A DNA stretch of 64,000 nucleotides from Spongospora subterranea f. sp. subterranea (taxonomy: Eukaryota): the NCBI GenBank assembly GCA_049724395.1, contig JAUGWO010000109.1, forward strand, positions 62,001-126,000, in the 5' to 3' direction. The translations under genes and the position numbers were made by a program. The notes below the pieces were generated by a model that saw nothing but the letters and a program-made list of their open reading frames with translations, did no database searches and was not told where the DNA came from. This document shows positions 1 through 14,800 of this stretch, one piece after another. Numbering within the stretch: the stretch's first letter is position 1; every line of letters starts with the position of its first letter.

Positions 1-779
1 GGAATAGCCGTTTGAATATGTTTTTCACAACGTGGGCAAAATTTTTCGGAAACTTTGCATCTGGATGAAATAACTCAATGACAAAGCAACGGAAAACTGC
101 ATAATCCTATACCGTCTTCGACCGGAAACACGGCAGGATTGGAGATTTGTTCATCGATCCAATCGAACATGAACTCAATGTATTTCGGTGCAGTGACTTT
201 GATAGGTTTTTTGACTCGAACACCATCAGCCCACTAGATCAGCAGACGGTAGTTGGAAAGGCAGTTAAACGGACGGATGACCACAATATACCAGGTATTC
301 ATATTTGGCTCCTGCTGACATAACCGGGCACGACGATTCTGTGCAGAAATCGGTGCAGGTACCATACACCATAGAAGCCGCGTTGAAAAAATGAACCGCT
401 ATGGTTGGAACAGAAGAGAATGAATATTTTGGCGAAAACCCCATAGCAAAAGCAAAGAAAAATGGGCTTACTGTTAGCCGCATACCACTCGTTTACATCT
501 TCTCCTTCGGGTAATCGTACCGTTGTCCTCATATCACCAACACCACCTGATCGGGGAAAACCCCAACAAAAAGTAAGAAAAAATTCGTGAACGAACCGAG
601 AGAGTCATATCGCCGCACCAAGAGTCGCTTTCATCGATGCCTTCACCGTCGAATGAAGCGCATGTCGTTTAGTTCCTTGCCGATAGGATTTATTTTGTTT
701 GAACGTTTTTCGTCCTGCGCTGTCAACGAGAATCAGGGTAATTAATCGTGATATCTAGTCGATAAACCTCTTACAACAT
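1..779 (-). CDS. MOB1: MOB1 family kinase activator (multi-exon, 3' end runs off the window start)
   Basis: Spliced exons give [24 protein letters not shown]...[27 protein letters not shown]...[34 protein letters not shown], which are hallmark Mob1/phocein motifs. Confidence 0.93.
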
Positions 780-2439
780 ATTGAACCGATCCGAGTTGTT
801 GTTCGCCGGAGCGGATGATTCCGACGGAGCCTCAGGTCCTTTGCCATCGGCCACGTCTTTGCCTATAGTTTTGAGCACAAATGAATTCGACAGACCAATA
901 GCCCAATTATGCGTTCGTCATACTCTGAGATTTTCCCATTGCCGATGGCGGTCCGGGTCGGAAACAGCCAGGACGATGGTTTTGTTGAGGTGGTGTGTAG
1001 TCAGAATTACCCGTCAACAACAGCACCCAGTGTACCGGACAGTCAAATCATGGGTACACTCAGGTGTCAGCCTCTCAGTCATGCGGGCCACCGCCCATGA
1101 CAGGGCAGACACTGGTGCCGACGACATGGCGACACTCGCTGGCTTTGGCCAGCGGGAGGTTCGATCGACGAAACCCAGCATAGAAACTGTTGCTCTCAGA
1201 ACAGAACCATAAATACAGACGCTGATTGGGCGAACAAGGCAACGAACGACCAGGCCCTGATCTGTCAATGGGCCAGACCGTACGTGACGGTTGGCGAAAA
1301 CAGCCACGTCAATTGAGGTTCCGTTATGTTTGCAATCGCGACAAAAGCTCAAAAACATGGGCTGGATTCCTGAATCCGACACAAATGCCGTCGATAATGT
1401 ACTGATCCGCTAGATTTTCGAGGTCACGGAATTATAGCAGATGTGATTCGGTTCAAGCGCTTTTGGCTGGACATTGTTGGTCGTTTCCAAAGTTATTCCG
1501 CCCTTTTTCTTATTTATTTTTATTAATCCTGAGTTCCCAAGTTCGTTTTGTTATTCAAGGGGTTCCTCTGTTCTGGCGTGATCACACCAAGAGCAGATCA
1601 ACCCATTGAATAAATCTACTCACCCAATCAGCTTGTGCCTGGGTAATCACCATCGAATCAACGTTTTTTTTCCCAAACTCTTGCAGATTGATCACTCCAC
1701 GGTGGACGTGAACTGGGATATCAAACACTGAACATGGGGGGTGAAGCAGTTATCGCGACAGTGTCCATCGGATGCCCTGACGTCGACGGCAGACCGGAAT
1801 CACGTTTGACGAGCTGTGATTGAACTTTATTCATTGTGGATATCGGTCTTGGCATTCCCGGTCATTTTTGCAATAGCAAAGATGGTTCCTTCCAGGCTTC
1901 GTTTACTAGGGCCTTGGATAGACACAGATTCTGCTTTGGGGTCAAAATAACTTCCTACGTTGATGATGCCGTTGAGCCTGATGTTGCAGACAACGCAGGC
2001 GGCTCGCTCGAACATCCGATGCCAATTTAACCTGTGTTGCAACACGGGTTCCACCTGCCCCAACGTTGAATTCTCCGTGTTCCAATGCGATCTCTTGGTT
2101 TCTGCAAGTCTGTCTGATCGACTGCCATCAGACCGGTCAACTCCTGCACGAGATCGGATTTATCGTGGCATATGTGGTCAGCCAACGACCTGGTTGCATC
2201 CACGTCGTCACGTCCCTTATCTACTCGATAACACATTTCCAATCTGGAACGACGAGCTGTTTTTGAAATTAATCGGGGTGCGTTATATATTCCTACAACA
2301 CAAATCGCCAACTTGCAATACGTTGCCCTGGGCCTGGCGCTACCATTGCAGATCCCCCCCGTTTCGATGAGAAACCTGCCGGCTCGATCAACTGGCCGAT
2401 CGACGATCATCGACGTTTATATTGTTTTTTGTTGAGGAA

Positions 2440-2985
2440 TTATGCAGGTGAATGAGGAGGCTCGTCCGGGGCCAACGCCCTCCCATGTTGGATCACGAAG
2501 ATCAACGCCACCGTGCACGCCATGGACATCGACAGATGGTAGTTGAACATCGCCCAGCACGATCGGATCAGCTCCTGCTGGTCGTCCCGGGCGCCCAGCT
2601 CGCCGGCCAACGTGGCGCTCAGGGCGTTCAGCCCGGCCGTGGCGACGATCACGATCCAGAACGGGAGCGTGACCAGGTCGTGGGGGCGGCACTGGTTTCG
2701 GCTGTGATTGAATATGAAGGCGGTGACGAGGAGCAAGGGCAACGGAAGCGTGTAGAAGGCGATGAGCAATACGCCATTGACCGACGCCCCGTAGTGATAA
2801 TATTTCGACAACGGCATCTTCTCGTGCATGTTCTTCAGGAACAGCACCATAATAAACAGCTCGGCGCAGAACAGGATCGTGATCCACAGATGTCGTCGCC
2901 GGGCATCGCCGCTCTGGTTCCGAGACTGTATCTCCATACGGGAGCCCCGTTCCTCTCGACCTGATTTGAGAATGATCCCATCCAA
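2440..2985 (-). CDS. Hypothetical membrane protein with ~4 hydrophobic segments
   Basis: 181-aa intronless GC-rich ORF with four hydrophobic stretches (HLWITILFCAELFIMVLFL, GVLLIAFYTLPLPLLLVTAFIF, LPFWIVIVATAGLNAL, MSMACTVALIFVI); family not recognised. Confidence 0.55.
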   Translation of the reverse strand: MDGIILKSGREERGSRMEIQSRNQSGDARRRHLWITILFCAELFIMVLFLKNMHEKMPLSKYYHYGASVNGVLLIAFYTLPLPLLLVTAFIFNHSRNQCRPHDLVTLPFWIVIVATAGLNALSATLAGELGARDDQQELIRSCWAMFNYHLSMSMACTVALIFVIQHGRALAPDEPPHSPA

Positions 2986-4737
2986 TCAACCGGAATCTGG
3001 AAAAATTCCCACAGATGACTCACCATTGGATACGAATTCAACTTTTGTTTCTCTCCCCGGGAACTCTCCCAATTTTCGCAGCGACATGTTTCGACGCACA
3101 AGATCATCTCGTTTCTGGAAATGGCATTAAACTGAGATTGCGTTGGATTCTTATTCAACAGGATGATTCTGAAGTCTGAGAGGGGTTTCTTGAATTTGAA
3201 GACGACGGACGAGGCGAATGAGATCAAGGGAAAACAACTCGGTTTTCGAATCTGCAGCTGCGATTCGAACGCTCCGTCGCGACCGCTCTTTGGACCACAG
3301 GAACACACGAGTGTCTCTGGTACCGGTATTACTCTGAAAACTCTATAATCTACAGGGTTTCCCGGTCGGAACATGAGGTTGAACACTATGAGAGGAGATG
3401 CCATCGAACTCTACCACGGGCTGGCACACATACGCCCATGGTCAACTTCGTCGTCCGATCGGCTGAACATCACTTGTCTCTGTGATCGTTGCCACGGGCG
3501 CTTGCAAGGTTAGGAAAATGATCATGTTTTCAAGCAGCCTGCTCTGATATGCAGCTTGATCTGCATTGCCGTCAGGGGGTTCCCAAGATACGACAGCAGT
3601 GGAGAGAACGTCGCTGTACGAGAAGATTCAGTGATTGCTGTTGATTTTGCATCAACACACCAGCGATTTGGAATTGGGTGGCGGCTTGATGGTTTTAGCC
3701 GATTGGACGACGAAGTTGACAATGGGCATTCCGATATGTTCAACCTCATGCTCCGATCGGGCTGTAGATTATAGGGCATTTAGAGTTTGTATTGGACTTG
3801 TGTTTGGGTTTTAGCTGAGCCAGTGGTCTGGTGTCTTCAATTTGGTCATTTGTGGCGTCGTGCAGAGGGACAGTACCACAACTCAGGCAACACAGCAACC
3901 AGCCGGGCGGAAAACCAGTTTAGGCGTTTGTCAGTAGGCAGAACCGCGAATCTGTTTGTCTACAACAAACAGCACTGGGCGAACAAATCCATTGCGACCA
4001 AACCGAACATGAAATGCCTGAATGTTGTGTTTGCCTCCAGCACTTCGGCGTAAACATTGAAAATTTGGCGTTGGACGAGGTATCTTGACAGCTTGCACTG
4101 CTCCTGGAGATGTAATGGAACGATAAGTAGCACGTCCACAGTTGACGACGTCATGGATCGTGGCGAAGCGTGTCAGGGAACCTACAAAGTGGCGTCGACT
4201 GTAAATAATTTTCCACCGCGGGGAACTCGGCGAAAACGGGATAACCGAGGATTGGCTCAAATAATCTGGCTCAAATTATTTCAGGTACGTAGTGTGCGCC
4301 ATTGAAAACGTTGGAGCGGGAACACAATAAATCGCGAGAGCGCGAGTTCCCTGCTGTGGGAATCTGTTGACAGCTGACTCCACTTTCTGGGTTCCCGTAA
4401 TAAAAGTCTCAGTCCGAATACACTCAGGTTGCTTTCGGCTCCTCGTCAGCCGTGGGTGATCGAGAACGGGCGATCGAATCTGTGTGGCTGATCGTAAACG
4501 ACCTGTATAGCTTCTGGGATGTGTGCCACGACCGATTGAGGTTGCTGTCATGGGCGCTCCTTTCTTTCGTCCAACGCTGAAATGAAAGCGCTTTGATGCG
4601 GTTTGCGGCGGCTGAAGATCAAAACAAAAAACACGTTGCTGTGGATAAAACAGCCACGACGTACCAAACGATCGACCGGTTCCGTTGTTGATCCAGGTCG
4701 ATATTCGAATCTATTGACGGGTTCATAACTGCCAACA

Positions 4738-7387
4738 ATGAAGCCCCGACCGAATGCGGATCTTCAGCAGGAAGTTGCCGATCTGCGGTCGCAGGCCTGG
4801 GACCTGAAACGATCGAACAATCAGCTGATTCAGGTATCGAAGCTGCAGAAGGTCAAGGAGCAGAAGCTGCTAGACGAGCTGAAACAGGCGGTGCGATCGT
4901 CGGAAAAACGAGGGGTCGGGTCGAAACCCACAAGCGGCAAAGAGAGGGAATTGGATGAATTCGCCCAGAGCATGGAGGAAGAGAACTCGAAACTTCGGCG
5001 GAGGAACTTGTTGCTCCAAGAGCAGTTGAGGAAGATATCGAACGGTGGCGTGAAGACGCCTCGGTCGATGAGGGTCGTGAAACGACCGCGATCGCGGAAA
5101 GAGAACCGGACGACGTTCCAGGAAGAAGCGGTCCAGCAGATGTTGGATCGGATCGGGGAGAAACTGAACGTGTCGGAGATGGTGAAAGCTCACGGGGCGA
5201 CGCCCCCCGCACCGCCGACCGCGAAACCCGACGAGATCGAGAAGCTGAAGGCGCGCCTGGGACAGAGCCAGGCTAAGGTCTGGCAACAATCGAATTTTAG
5301 TTGGGCAGAGTTCTGAGCGACGGCAACACACCCAGGTGGCGATCCTCGAGCACCAGTACGAGCAGATCGACGCCGCCATGCAGGCCGGCAAGCAAGTCCA
5401 TCGCCAGGCGGTCGAGCAGGTCGACAAGTACAAGGCGCTGCTGGCCGACGCGCACAGCCGGAATCGGGTCGCCCAACAGAAGGTGCAGCAGCTGGAGATA
5501 TTCAGGTTGGCCCCTCCCCCCCACATGGTGAAATTCGGTTCGAAAACAGGCGCCCTGATGGCAACAACAGGGAAAAATCCGACTCAATGTCGCTGATCAT
5601 CGACGACCTGCAGGCGACGAACGCCAATCTGCAGAATCAGGTCAATATCTTGACGAAGACGGCGTTCCTTGGCGACGAAGCCGAGAGTCGACGACTACAC
5701 GCTATCGAACGCGATCACCTATCGCAAATCAACGATCTGCGCTCGATCCTGGCCGAACGCGAACAAATTCTGTCGTCGAATACTGAGAAACTCACGGGAC
5801 AGGTGAGAGAGCACGATGGAGGATCCGACCTGGTTGGTGGGTGAATCCTGAATTTGTGTTTATGGGAAACTGCAGTTGGAGAAAATTCAGAAGCTGGAAG
5901 AGAATCTGCAGACGGAATCGAACGAGAAACGGAAGATCCAGCAGGAAAACTCGAAACTTCTGGCCCGGTTGCAGAGCGTCGAGGATCGAATTCACGTGTT
6001 TACGGCCGATTCGGGGGTGGAGCTGGAGGAACTCGACCGGGCGCTGGACATGGTCCGCCGACAGAAACCGTTGAACGGGTCGTCGGCGTCGTCGGCTCCG
6101 ATCACGATCCCGGCGCTGCAGCGACAGATCAGGGAGCTGGAGATCGGCCACAAGGACCTGGTGACGGAATTGCGGGGGAAAACCGACCTGCTCCGCCTTC
6201 AGACGCACCTCAACTGCGAACTCGACGCTGAAGTGAATCGGTACAGAAAAACCGCATCGCTCGCGTCGCGCGCGCCCCTCTCTCAGCGTGTCTCCTGTTG
6301 GGTAGATTACAGTCGGAGAACCGGCACCTGAAGCAGTCGATCTACAACGGGCAACGACAGGCGGCGTCGTCCCATCGACGGGCGGACAGCGTCATCAGCG
6401 ATGTGTCGTTACTATCGCAGCTCTCGTCGCTGTCGTTCACGGGCAACCACAACATGATCGTGATCCGCGTGGCCGGCGCCCAGCTGCGACAGGACGCCGT
6501 CGTGTTCCGCGACCAGCCCGATCCGCTAACGTTCGTGGCCGTCGACTTCTTCGACTACGAGAGCTGCTACAGCGGCGTATTCGGTGGACTTAATCCCCAA
6601 TATAAGTTAACTGCACAATACAAGGCCAACACCGACGGGTTCCTGATCGAGCATCTGAAGACGGAAACGTTCAAGGTTTTCAATTCGGCGTCGAATCCTG
6701 ATTTACCGTTCCGACTGATGGCGTTTCGCATAGGTTGATCTGTATCGGCAATCTGGAATCGGTCAGGTCGATTGCATTGGGTCGTGTCGCGTTCCGTTGC
6801 GCGATCTGGTGTCGTACGCGAGGAAGATTCGCCGGAGCGTCGATTGCGTCGACATCACGGATTCAAGCACGATCGTCGCAACGATCGATATCGTCTGCAA
6901 GATGTACCGGCCAATAGTGTCTGTTGCGCCATCGCAGTGTCCCAGCGTGGTCGGCGATCCCGTAGCGCCCGAACCCTATTCCATGCGCATGACCATCACT
7001 CTCAATAACCTCACCCTTGACGATCAGGAACCTGTCGCCGATCTGCAGGATATCAACCTTCGCGCACACAATATGTACTATAATCTGACGAAGCTGTTCG
7101 AAAAGGTGACCACCTCGAAGAATTCCAAAGCGCTGGGGACGTTTGCGATCGAGTTCGAGACCAAACATGATCGATTGCTGCCGTATGAACTGATTCAGTT
7201 GGATATGATTCGCGAACATATGGACCAGGAACAACTGATCGGGCATTTCGATTTGGTCTTGGCGCAAGTAGCGCAAGCAACATCTGGACAAGTTGAAACC
7301 ACGATGGAGCTGAAGGACAGTTCGGATAAAACCATAGGGAAAAGCGACGTTTCCGTAGAATGGATCATATCCGAATGTGTTAGGTAA
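4738..7387 (+). CDS. RPGRIP1L: RPGRIP1L/fantom-like ciliary transition-zone protein (coiled coil plus C2 domains), multi-exon
   Basis: Long coiled-coil exons followed by TFVAVDFFDYESCYSGVFGGLNPQYKLTAQYKANTDGFLIEHL, matching the RPGRIP1/RPGRIP1L first C2 domain; a second C2-like region follows. Confidence 0.75.
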
Positions 7388-7460
7388 TGATAAACAGATT
7401 ATATTACAGATGATGAAGTTAGGTAGATGAAGGAGAGGACTGGGTCTTATTTGCTAGAGC

Positions 7461-8738
7461 TCAAGACAGAATTCGATCGAGGAATATGCCAGATGCGATC
7501 AATCCACCTAGATGCGCGTTAGACAGGAACACTTTCTGACAAGACTTTCTGTCGTCGAGATCAACGTAAGCGATCTGTGCAGCTAGATGAGCGGCGGCCG
7601 CTGCAGCCGTGACGTAGAAGGTGGTGTGCATATCCGCCATGTATCCAGACAACAACAAAAACGATATCGACGACGAAGCGAAAACAGACAGGATCGCTTT
7701 GGAATGTTTATCCCCAAACAATAATGCTGTGCTTCGAATTCCAACACGACGATCGTCGATCACATCTTGGTAAGCGTAGATTGTGTCGTAAACTGTTGAA
7801 GGGAATGTCAGAAACACATTTTTAAGAAGAGAGTCAGTCGATGCGACCAATTGTCCAGCAGACTCCAGAAGCGTACAATGGTAATACAGCTGACCATGAA
7901 CACGATCCTTGCACGGCAGCCCACCCGATAAATGCACCCCAGTTAAATGCCAATCCTAAAACAAATTGTGGCCAGTTGGTCAACCTCTTCATTACTGCAT
8001 TTAGACATTCAGGTTAGAGTGTGCCGTCAAACGATTGGAATTGCACAAACATGGATAGACAAACACGAGAATGAGCGAGGACGCGCCTAGAGCGATGCAG
8101 TAAGGGTCGAATGATAATAAAATCCCTAGTGCCGCAGAGAGCTGAAGGGCTAGAAACCCTACCGCCTCTTTCACAGATAATGATCCAGTAACTAAAGGGC
8201 GATTCTTCGTTCTTTCAACATCGCCGTCATATCGTTGATCAAGAATGTCATTGATAGTACCTATCGAAAAAAATGGTTCATTCTGTGTCCACCGAAAAAG
8301 TGAACCCCGAACACCGACAAAACAGAAAACAAAAAACTGTGAGAAAAAAATTGGCTTACATCCGGCCCCTCTCATGATTACAGCTCCAACAGCAAATTTG
8401 GTAAGAAGTATCGCCGATGGTAGCGCACCAGGACTACATGACATTCCGGCTGAAAAAAAGCATGGCCACATTAACAGCAAAGACGGCAAAGGGCTCTTGA
8501 TCCGAGAAACAGCGATCACAGAAGACAGTTTTGAGCACAGTTCCGGGAGAACATGGGCCGGTTGAGGAGCTGAATTGAGACTCCTTGTTTGAGGGGGGAA
8601 CTCCCGCTTCATGGGAAGCGGATACTTGCCCGTTCCAGTGGAACGGAACCCGCATGGAATTGGAGGACCATCGAAGACTGCACGAACAGCCGCCCTAGCA
8701 AACCCCTGGCAGGAGGGCCTTCCATAGAGCCGCAGCAT
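7461..8738 (-). CDS. COQ2: 4-hydroxybenzoate polyprenyltransferase (UbiA family), multi-exon
   Basis: [35 protein letters not shown] and [26 protein letters not shown] motifs; N-terminus resembles a mitochondrial presequence. Confidence 0.95.
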
Positions 8739-9179
8739 TGCTAGAACCAATCACGATCTAGCAATTCGAGGTGTCGTCATAACGGAACGACGATGAAAAT
8801 GAGTTGATAATCAGATACAGTTACGTTAATCCGCCATTGACGCTGGTCAAAGGATAGAGCAGCCCAACCTCCCCACACTGTACTGTACACGGTTACACAT
8901 GCGTACCGGGAATCTACACAGCGAAGTGTATATCTAGGGTCAGAAAGAGGAATGTCCCGCCCCAGTTGTTACACGCAAGTGAGTGAAGTGACGCCGACTG
9001 ACTGCTGCTGCCGTCTTCAATGTTTCTCCAGTATCGTGTTGGTTCCGTTCATTTCCGACGGTCCCGTGAAGAACAGGGTAGTACGTCTTGGTTGTATTCG
9101 ACAGGGGGAGAAAAATGGACCTTGTCAGTGTTTCGAACAGGGATTAGTACTTTTTGTATTGGGACACGTTTGAAAGGCG

Positions 9180-10905
9180 TTAAAAACGAAACCTGTGGTG
9201 GTGGTCACCCCCACCACCACCTCCACCTTGGAAGAACATCTGAAACATTTGGTTGACGTCAACGTCGTGATGATGTCCGCCGCCGCCACACGAGTCCATG
9301 TCGGCGCCGCTATCGTATCGGCGCCGTTTCTGTGGATCTGACAGGACATCATATGCTTCGCTGACCTGCTTGAACTTGGTCTCGGCGATGGCCTTATCGG
9401 CGTCACTGCTGCCGTGGTTCTTATCAGGATGGAACTGCAACGCCAGCCTTCGGTAAGCCTTTTTGATGTCGCGCTCATCAGCACTGGTATCCACCCCCAA
9501 AACTTTGTACGGGTTCACACGCTTTGATTTCGCTAGCTCAAGTTTCGCGTGCTTTAACTGTTCCATGACACCTCTGTCGTTTTGGGAGTGCCTCGCGGCA
9601 CATTCAAGGTCCCTGACAGCAGCTTCAAAGTCTTCGGTCTCTAAATAGGCCATTGCGCGTCTGCAGAGTGCTTTGACGTTTGACTCTTCGATATCCAAAC
9701 AAGCTGTGCAATCTTGAATGGCTTGCTGGAACATGCTCTTCTTGATAGCTACGGCCGCGCGATTACAGAAAATCACGGCATTGAATCGACCATTTTTTGG
9801 ATCAACTTGCAGGACTTCCGAATACAAATCGAACGCTTCTTGCATCCGTCCAGCCTTGAAAGCAGCATTGCCTGCTTCCTTAAGCTTCTCCAAACGTTTT
9901 ACAGTCTTGAACAGCTTAAAGCATTCCTGGTTATCAGGATCAAACCGTAAAGCTTCCTGAGAGTGGCTACAAGCCTGGTCAAGGCGACCTATTTTTGAAA
10001 AATCAACACCACCGTTTCAATCAGACACAATGACCATCCCGACCCATGAAGTAATACGCCGTCCCACGAAGCCGTAATAAAGTGACATTGGATGAATGTT
10101 CCCGGATCAACCTAGTGGTTATCGACACTACTTCTTCGTACTTATTTCTGGCCATCATCCCTTCAATCAGCATTATTTTGGCAACAAGCGATTGCGACAT
10201 CTCCTCGCATAGCATCTGTATACTAGGCAGATGCGAAGCTGCTTTTCCTGCAGCAATCTGAGCTCTGCATTCATCCAGAAGCCGGGATAGGCGCTTGGCC
10301 CTTTGCACCTAACCCAGAGAGTCAGATTGACACTTTTTCGGAAGGAAATGAACTGACCTCTGCTTGGACATCAAATGACGCAGATATCTTCATATTAGCG
10401 TTCTTTATGAGAGGATACACATCTTCCAGCTGCCCAAGATGTATATAGCATTTTGCCGCACGAACATATGCTTTGCAAAACATAGGATCAAGTGCAATCG
10501 CTTTGAGACTGTCTTGAAGAGCGCTAGTAAAATCTTCAACCATCATGAACGCAGCCGAACGATTTCCAAGGAACGACGCATCTAGAGGGCACAAGGCTGG
10601 TATATGCCACGTGGTAAGTTCTGGCTCAATATCACACGATAAACGGGTTTCTGACCAATTGCCTCAGAATACTTGGATATAGCACTCCTGTATTTCCCTT
10701 CCTTGTATAGCTGGTTTCCCTGTTCCTTAGCAGCGATGGCTGCATGTTTAGCATCTCTATGTGCCCGTTAAGAACTACATAGGGAGACGACAAGCTCGTT
10801 CGCTAACCTTTCCAGAACGTCAGCGTCAGGTCGGACGCTCTCGGCCTTGACATCCGATGGGATGTCCGCGGGCAGGGCACCTTCTATGTCCATGGCCGCC
10901 GACAT
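9180..10905 (-). CDS. DNAJC7: DnaJ subfamily C member 7-like co-chaperone (TPR repeats plus C-terminal J domain)
   Basis: TPR repeats ([25 protein letters not shown]), then J domain NPYKVLGV...[16 protein letters not shown]; multi-exon. Confidence 0.92.
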
Positions 10906-11869
10906 GGGTCAGGGTGTCTGAATTGCAAAGAGAAAAACCTTGGGGCAATATTTGTTGCCAGAGTTGAGGACGCAACAAGAATATTGACAGACTCCGGAGT
11001 TTCAAGTTAATATTACCAGTCACGCAATAACCCGTACGAATATCAATTCTCCGATTAGTCCTGGCCATGAATCACCAACGCCATATTAATAGCCATCAGA
11101 CTTCGCCTGTTCCTGTAAATGAAGGCAAGTTGATGTTCAAGTTGCAGGTTGATGTTAGAATCCTTGCTGAAGTAAAATCTAAAGGAAACCCCTATGGGAA
11201 AAGCGCGAGTCTCGTGTTTTTTTGCCTCAATCCCGGCACATACGATTATTCTCGGCTGAGATCAAATCCATGAGTAGAAATAATGCTACGAACGGATCTT
11301 GTTTTCTGCTGTTGGACACAAACATGTTCGATAACAACTGAAGTGGCAGTCGAATTCGTAAGCACTCCCACTCTCCCACTACAGGCTATGGAGTCCATCT
11401 GATATCGTGTGCTGAACTTTGGTGAAATCGGATTACAACTGAATAAATCAATTGCAATTCTAAGATGCGGGATTGAATTAAAAAGTGTTGATTTCGAATT
11501 GTATATTGACCAATAAGCGCTAAAACTATCAACTTTTTTCGATGATTTGGAACATGATAAGGTTACAATCAGTAATTTCCGAACTGTAGATACACTTGCA
11601 GAAGTGCGCCCAAATAATGTTCGCAAATATTGTTGCGATTTACTGACCTATAAACTGCGCACAGGGGTATCTCGCAGCCGCACTTATTCGACATACGCAT
11701 TTCCTGTTTTCCAGACATTGTTTGCGCACGCAAAATTTGAAATTCAATTGGAACGAGAGAGTGAAGGTGTCCGGTACTGTACACCCCGACCGCGTATTTG
11801 TGCTGTTACACCCTGTTGTCTGGTGTAAGGGGTACGGGGATACCCAATCAGGGTCAGTCGAAATTAATC

Positions 11870-14800
11870 ATGTCGGCGAAGAAACCGCCGCGAACCAAAA
11901 CCAAGCCGTCGCCAGGCAATACGCCCACGTTGTTCTCGTTTTTCTCACCGTCAGGTCGCGGAACGAAGTACGAAAGGCCGTCGAGCGCGCGCTCCGTCAT
12001 TGACGTCGATGCGGAAATGCAGGATGCTGTTCCAGTGAGTACCATGTAACTGCCTTCTTGTAGGGTTTGATGAGCTTATTCTCGTTAGGTGGCGTCTGTG
12101 CCATCGGCGATCGACTTCGACGTAAATGAAGATGACGTTCCAATCATTCAACGTCTTTCAGGACGTAATCCTGATCTCTCTCCTAGTTCCATTCCTCGTC
12201 AAAAACGATTAGAATCGTACGCTGGGGCAGTGGCGGAGGAAACCCCAACGAAAAAGCGTTCCCGATCCGTTCTTCCTACCCAGTTGCCGAAGTACGACGC
12301 TGCGGCGGCTTCAGATTCAGTCATGGCGCTTGATTCAATGGCGTTCGTTGCAAATGGGCCAAAGAATCTTGAACCCATTCAGAAAGTGACCATCAAGTCT
12401 GACAAGATTGCGGTAAAGGAGGCTATTTCAGCTCCTTCGTGGCAGACCAATCCTCAAGATTCAAAAGGGAACCACCGTGGTGACCCTGATTATGATCCGT
12501 CAACGATAATGGTTCCCAAGTCCGCTTTACAAAAAATGACTCCGGTAGCTGTCGCAAGTTCATCCCCGTTTTTAATCTGAAGATTTTTCTCGACAGGGAC
12601 AAAAACAGTATTGGGAAATCAAGATGAACCATTACGATATGATTCTGTTTTTCAAAATGGGTAAATTTTACGAGCTTTACGACGATGATGCAGTCATTGG
12701 GTAAAATTGGTGTTCATACACGGCTCCTGAATCGTTTTGATTCCCGAGTTGTTAACAGGAATAAGCATTTGAATCTTCTTTTCATGAGAGGCGATAGACC
12801 TCATACAGGATTCCCGGAAAAGGCTTTCCAAAAATATGCCCAACGTCTGGTCCGACTTGGATATAAAATTGCCCGGGTCGAGCAAGTTGAGACCCCGTTG
12901 GAAATGAAAGAACGGAATTCAAGCACAGGTTCCAAATCAAAGGTTTTTTTCTGAACCTTACAGAGTTCTGCCCTCTCCTGACAGTTTTCAAAAAAGGTCG
13001 TAAATCGCGAGCTATGTTCCGTTCTTACTAAAGGAACCTTAACGGATAACGAGTTAATTGGCCATGCCAGCGCCGTGTTTCTTTTGGCCTTGACTGAATC
13101 TCCTTCTGGTGGTGAATACGGGGTTTGTTTTTGCGACACTTCCACTTCTCGGTTCCATGTTGGTGAGGTACTGTAGTTTTCATCCCCAAGATTCGGCGCA
13201 TAGGTTGATTCAAATTTGTTGTCAGTTTGTCGATGATCCGCAGCGCACTCGACTACGAACCCTTCTTGCGTGTGTGTCTCCTGCAGAAATTGTTCTTCCG
13301 GCTTCCGGTTTGCATTCTTTGTCCGTTTCCATTCTTCGAAAAGATCTCCCAGCCAATGTCATTCGTAATTCTGTCCCTGGATCAAATCATCGCCAGGCCG
13401 TTATGGTTGTCGATTTCTTCTTCTTTTGCTTTTTTCTCATAAATGCTGCTAGGACATGCTGGCCGCGTATTTTCCCGACACACTGCCACCAACGTTGCTG
13501 GAAGCCACTGAGCTGGCAATGGCAGCAGTTGGCAACATATCCTCATACTTGCAGAGATGCCTCTTGGATGACGAATTGCTCAAAATTGGCTCTTTCCTGC
13601 CTTATGATTGCAATGATGCAGACACTAACATATTCATGGCTTTGGATGGTCAAACAATCGCCAACCTAGAGGTAATTTGTTGTCTGTAACTTCTGACAAC
13701 AACTCAAACTTCATCCTGATAAAGATTGTTCAAAACTCTGAAGGGGGTTTGCGAGGCTCCCTTTTGGAGTATATTGATCACTGTGTTACTCCGTTCGGTC
13801 ATCGCCGTTTACGCGAGTATGGAACTGTTTTCTTTCAAAGTGCTATCTAAGACCGTTTTTTTAGATGGATCATTCGGCCATTGTCGCGTTCCAAAGATAT
13901 TAATGACAGATTAGACGCGGTTCACGACCTTATAGAAAATTCTGAGCAAAGGTTAATCAATTCATCAGATTGTATCGCCGGTTTAATCGTCTGTAATTTC
14001 AGAGAGACGTTAAGAAGCGCTTTAAAAAAGTTGCCAGATCTGGGCCGTCTTCTTTCACGAATTCATGCGTATGCTTGTGGTCGTGACAACAAGGTACTCA
14101 TTCTGCTGTTTTCTTGTGATCTCTGTTCATTGTATTATAGGCGGTGATGTATGAAAATGTTGGTGCTGCACGCCTAAATATGTTTCTTGATGTTCTAGAG
14201 GGGTTTCGGCTTGCTACGTCGTGGTTTAGTGAAACTTCTAGTTTTGCGTCCCCTCTTTTACAAGGACTTACGACGTTAGGTCAACATTATCCTGATCTTT
14301 CACCCATTTTAGATACGTTTGAGAAAGCGTTTGATATACACGTAGGCAGTGAGTTCTCAACACTTTTACCTGTCGCTGATCTCATGTAGGCTGCTCGTCG
14401 TGATGGATTCGTTATTCCGTCTCCTGGTGTTGTCCCAGAATACGACGATGCTGAAAAAGATGTTAAAGGTGCTGAATATGAGTTGGAACAGCTGCTGAAA
14501 CAGGAAAGAAAAAACTTCAAAGATAGTACACTCTCGTTAGTTAATCCGTCTTTCATCAGTTTTAAGCACTACCTGAATTTGCAACAGATATATGTCCATA
14601 AGAACAATGAACGATATCAGTTGGAAATATCTGAAAATTGCATTGCGCGGAGAGGCCGCCTTCCGGTAGATTATGAAAAAGTAGCCAATCTGATACGTTT
14701 GTCCTGCTGCCCTTATTTACTGTCGTTGTAAGGTTTCGCAAAAAAAAGGATTTGTTCGGTACTACACGAAGGATATCCGATCCTGGGTGGAAGAACTTGA

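Noticed and set aside
900..2410. Short ORFs including an SYVDD string suggestive of an RT
   Set aside because: No other RT motifs; I could not assemble a convincing gene model
3100..4600. Possible spliced + strand gene
   Set aside because: Splice-like signals exist but no consistent frame or recognisable domain was found
2417..6231. Long antisense or alternative-frame ORFs over GC-rich genes (e.g. 2417-2989, 2452-2964, 4870-5526)
   Set aside because: Shadow ORFs expected from GC-rich codon usage on the real coding frame
11380..11760. Protein-like + strand frame with two internal stops between DNAJC7 and MSH6
   Set aside because: No recognisable family; cannot distinguish a pseudogene scrap from chance
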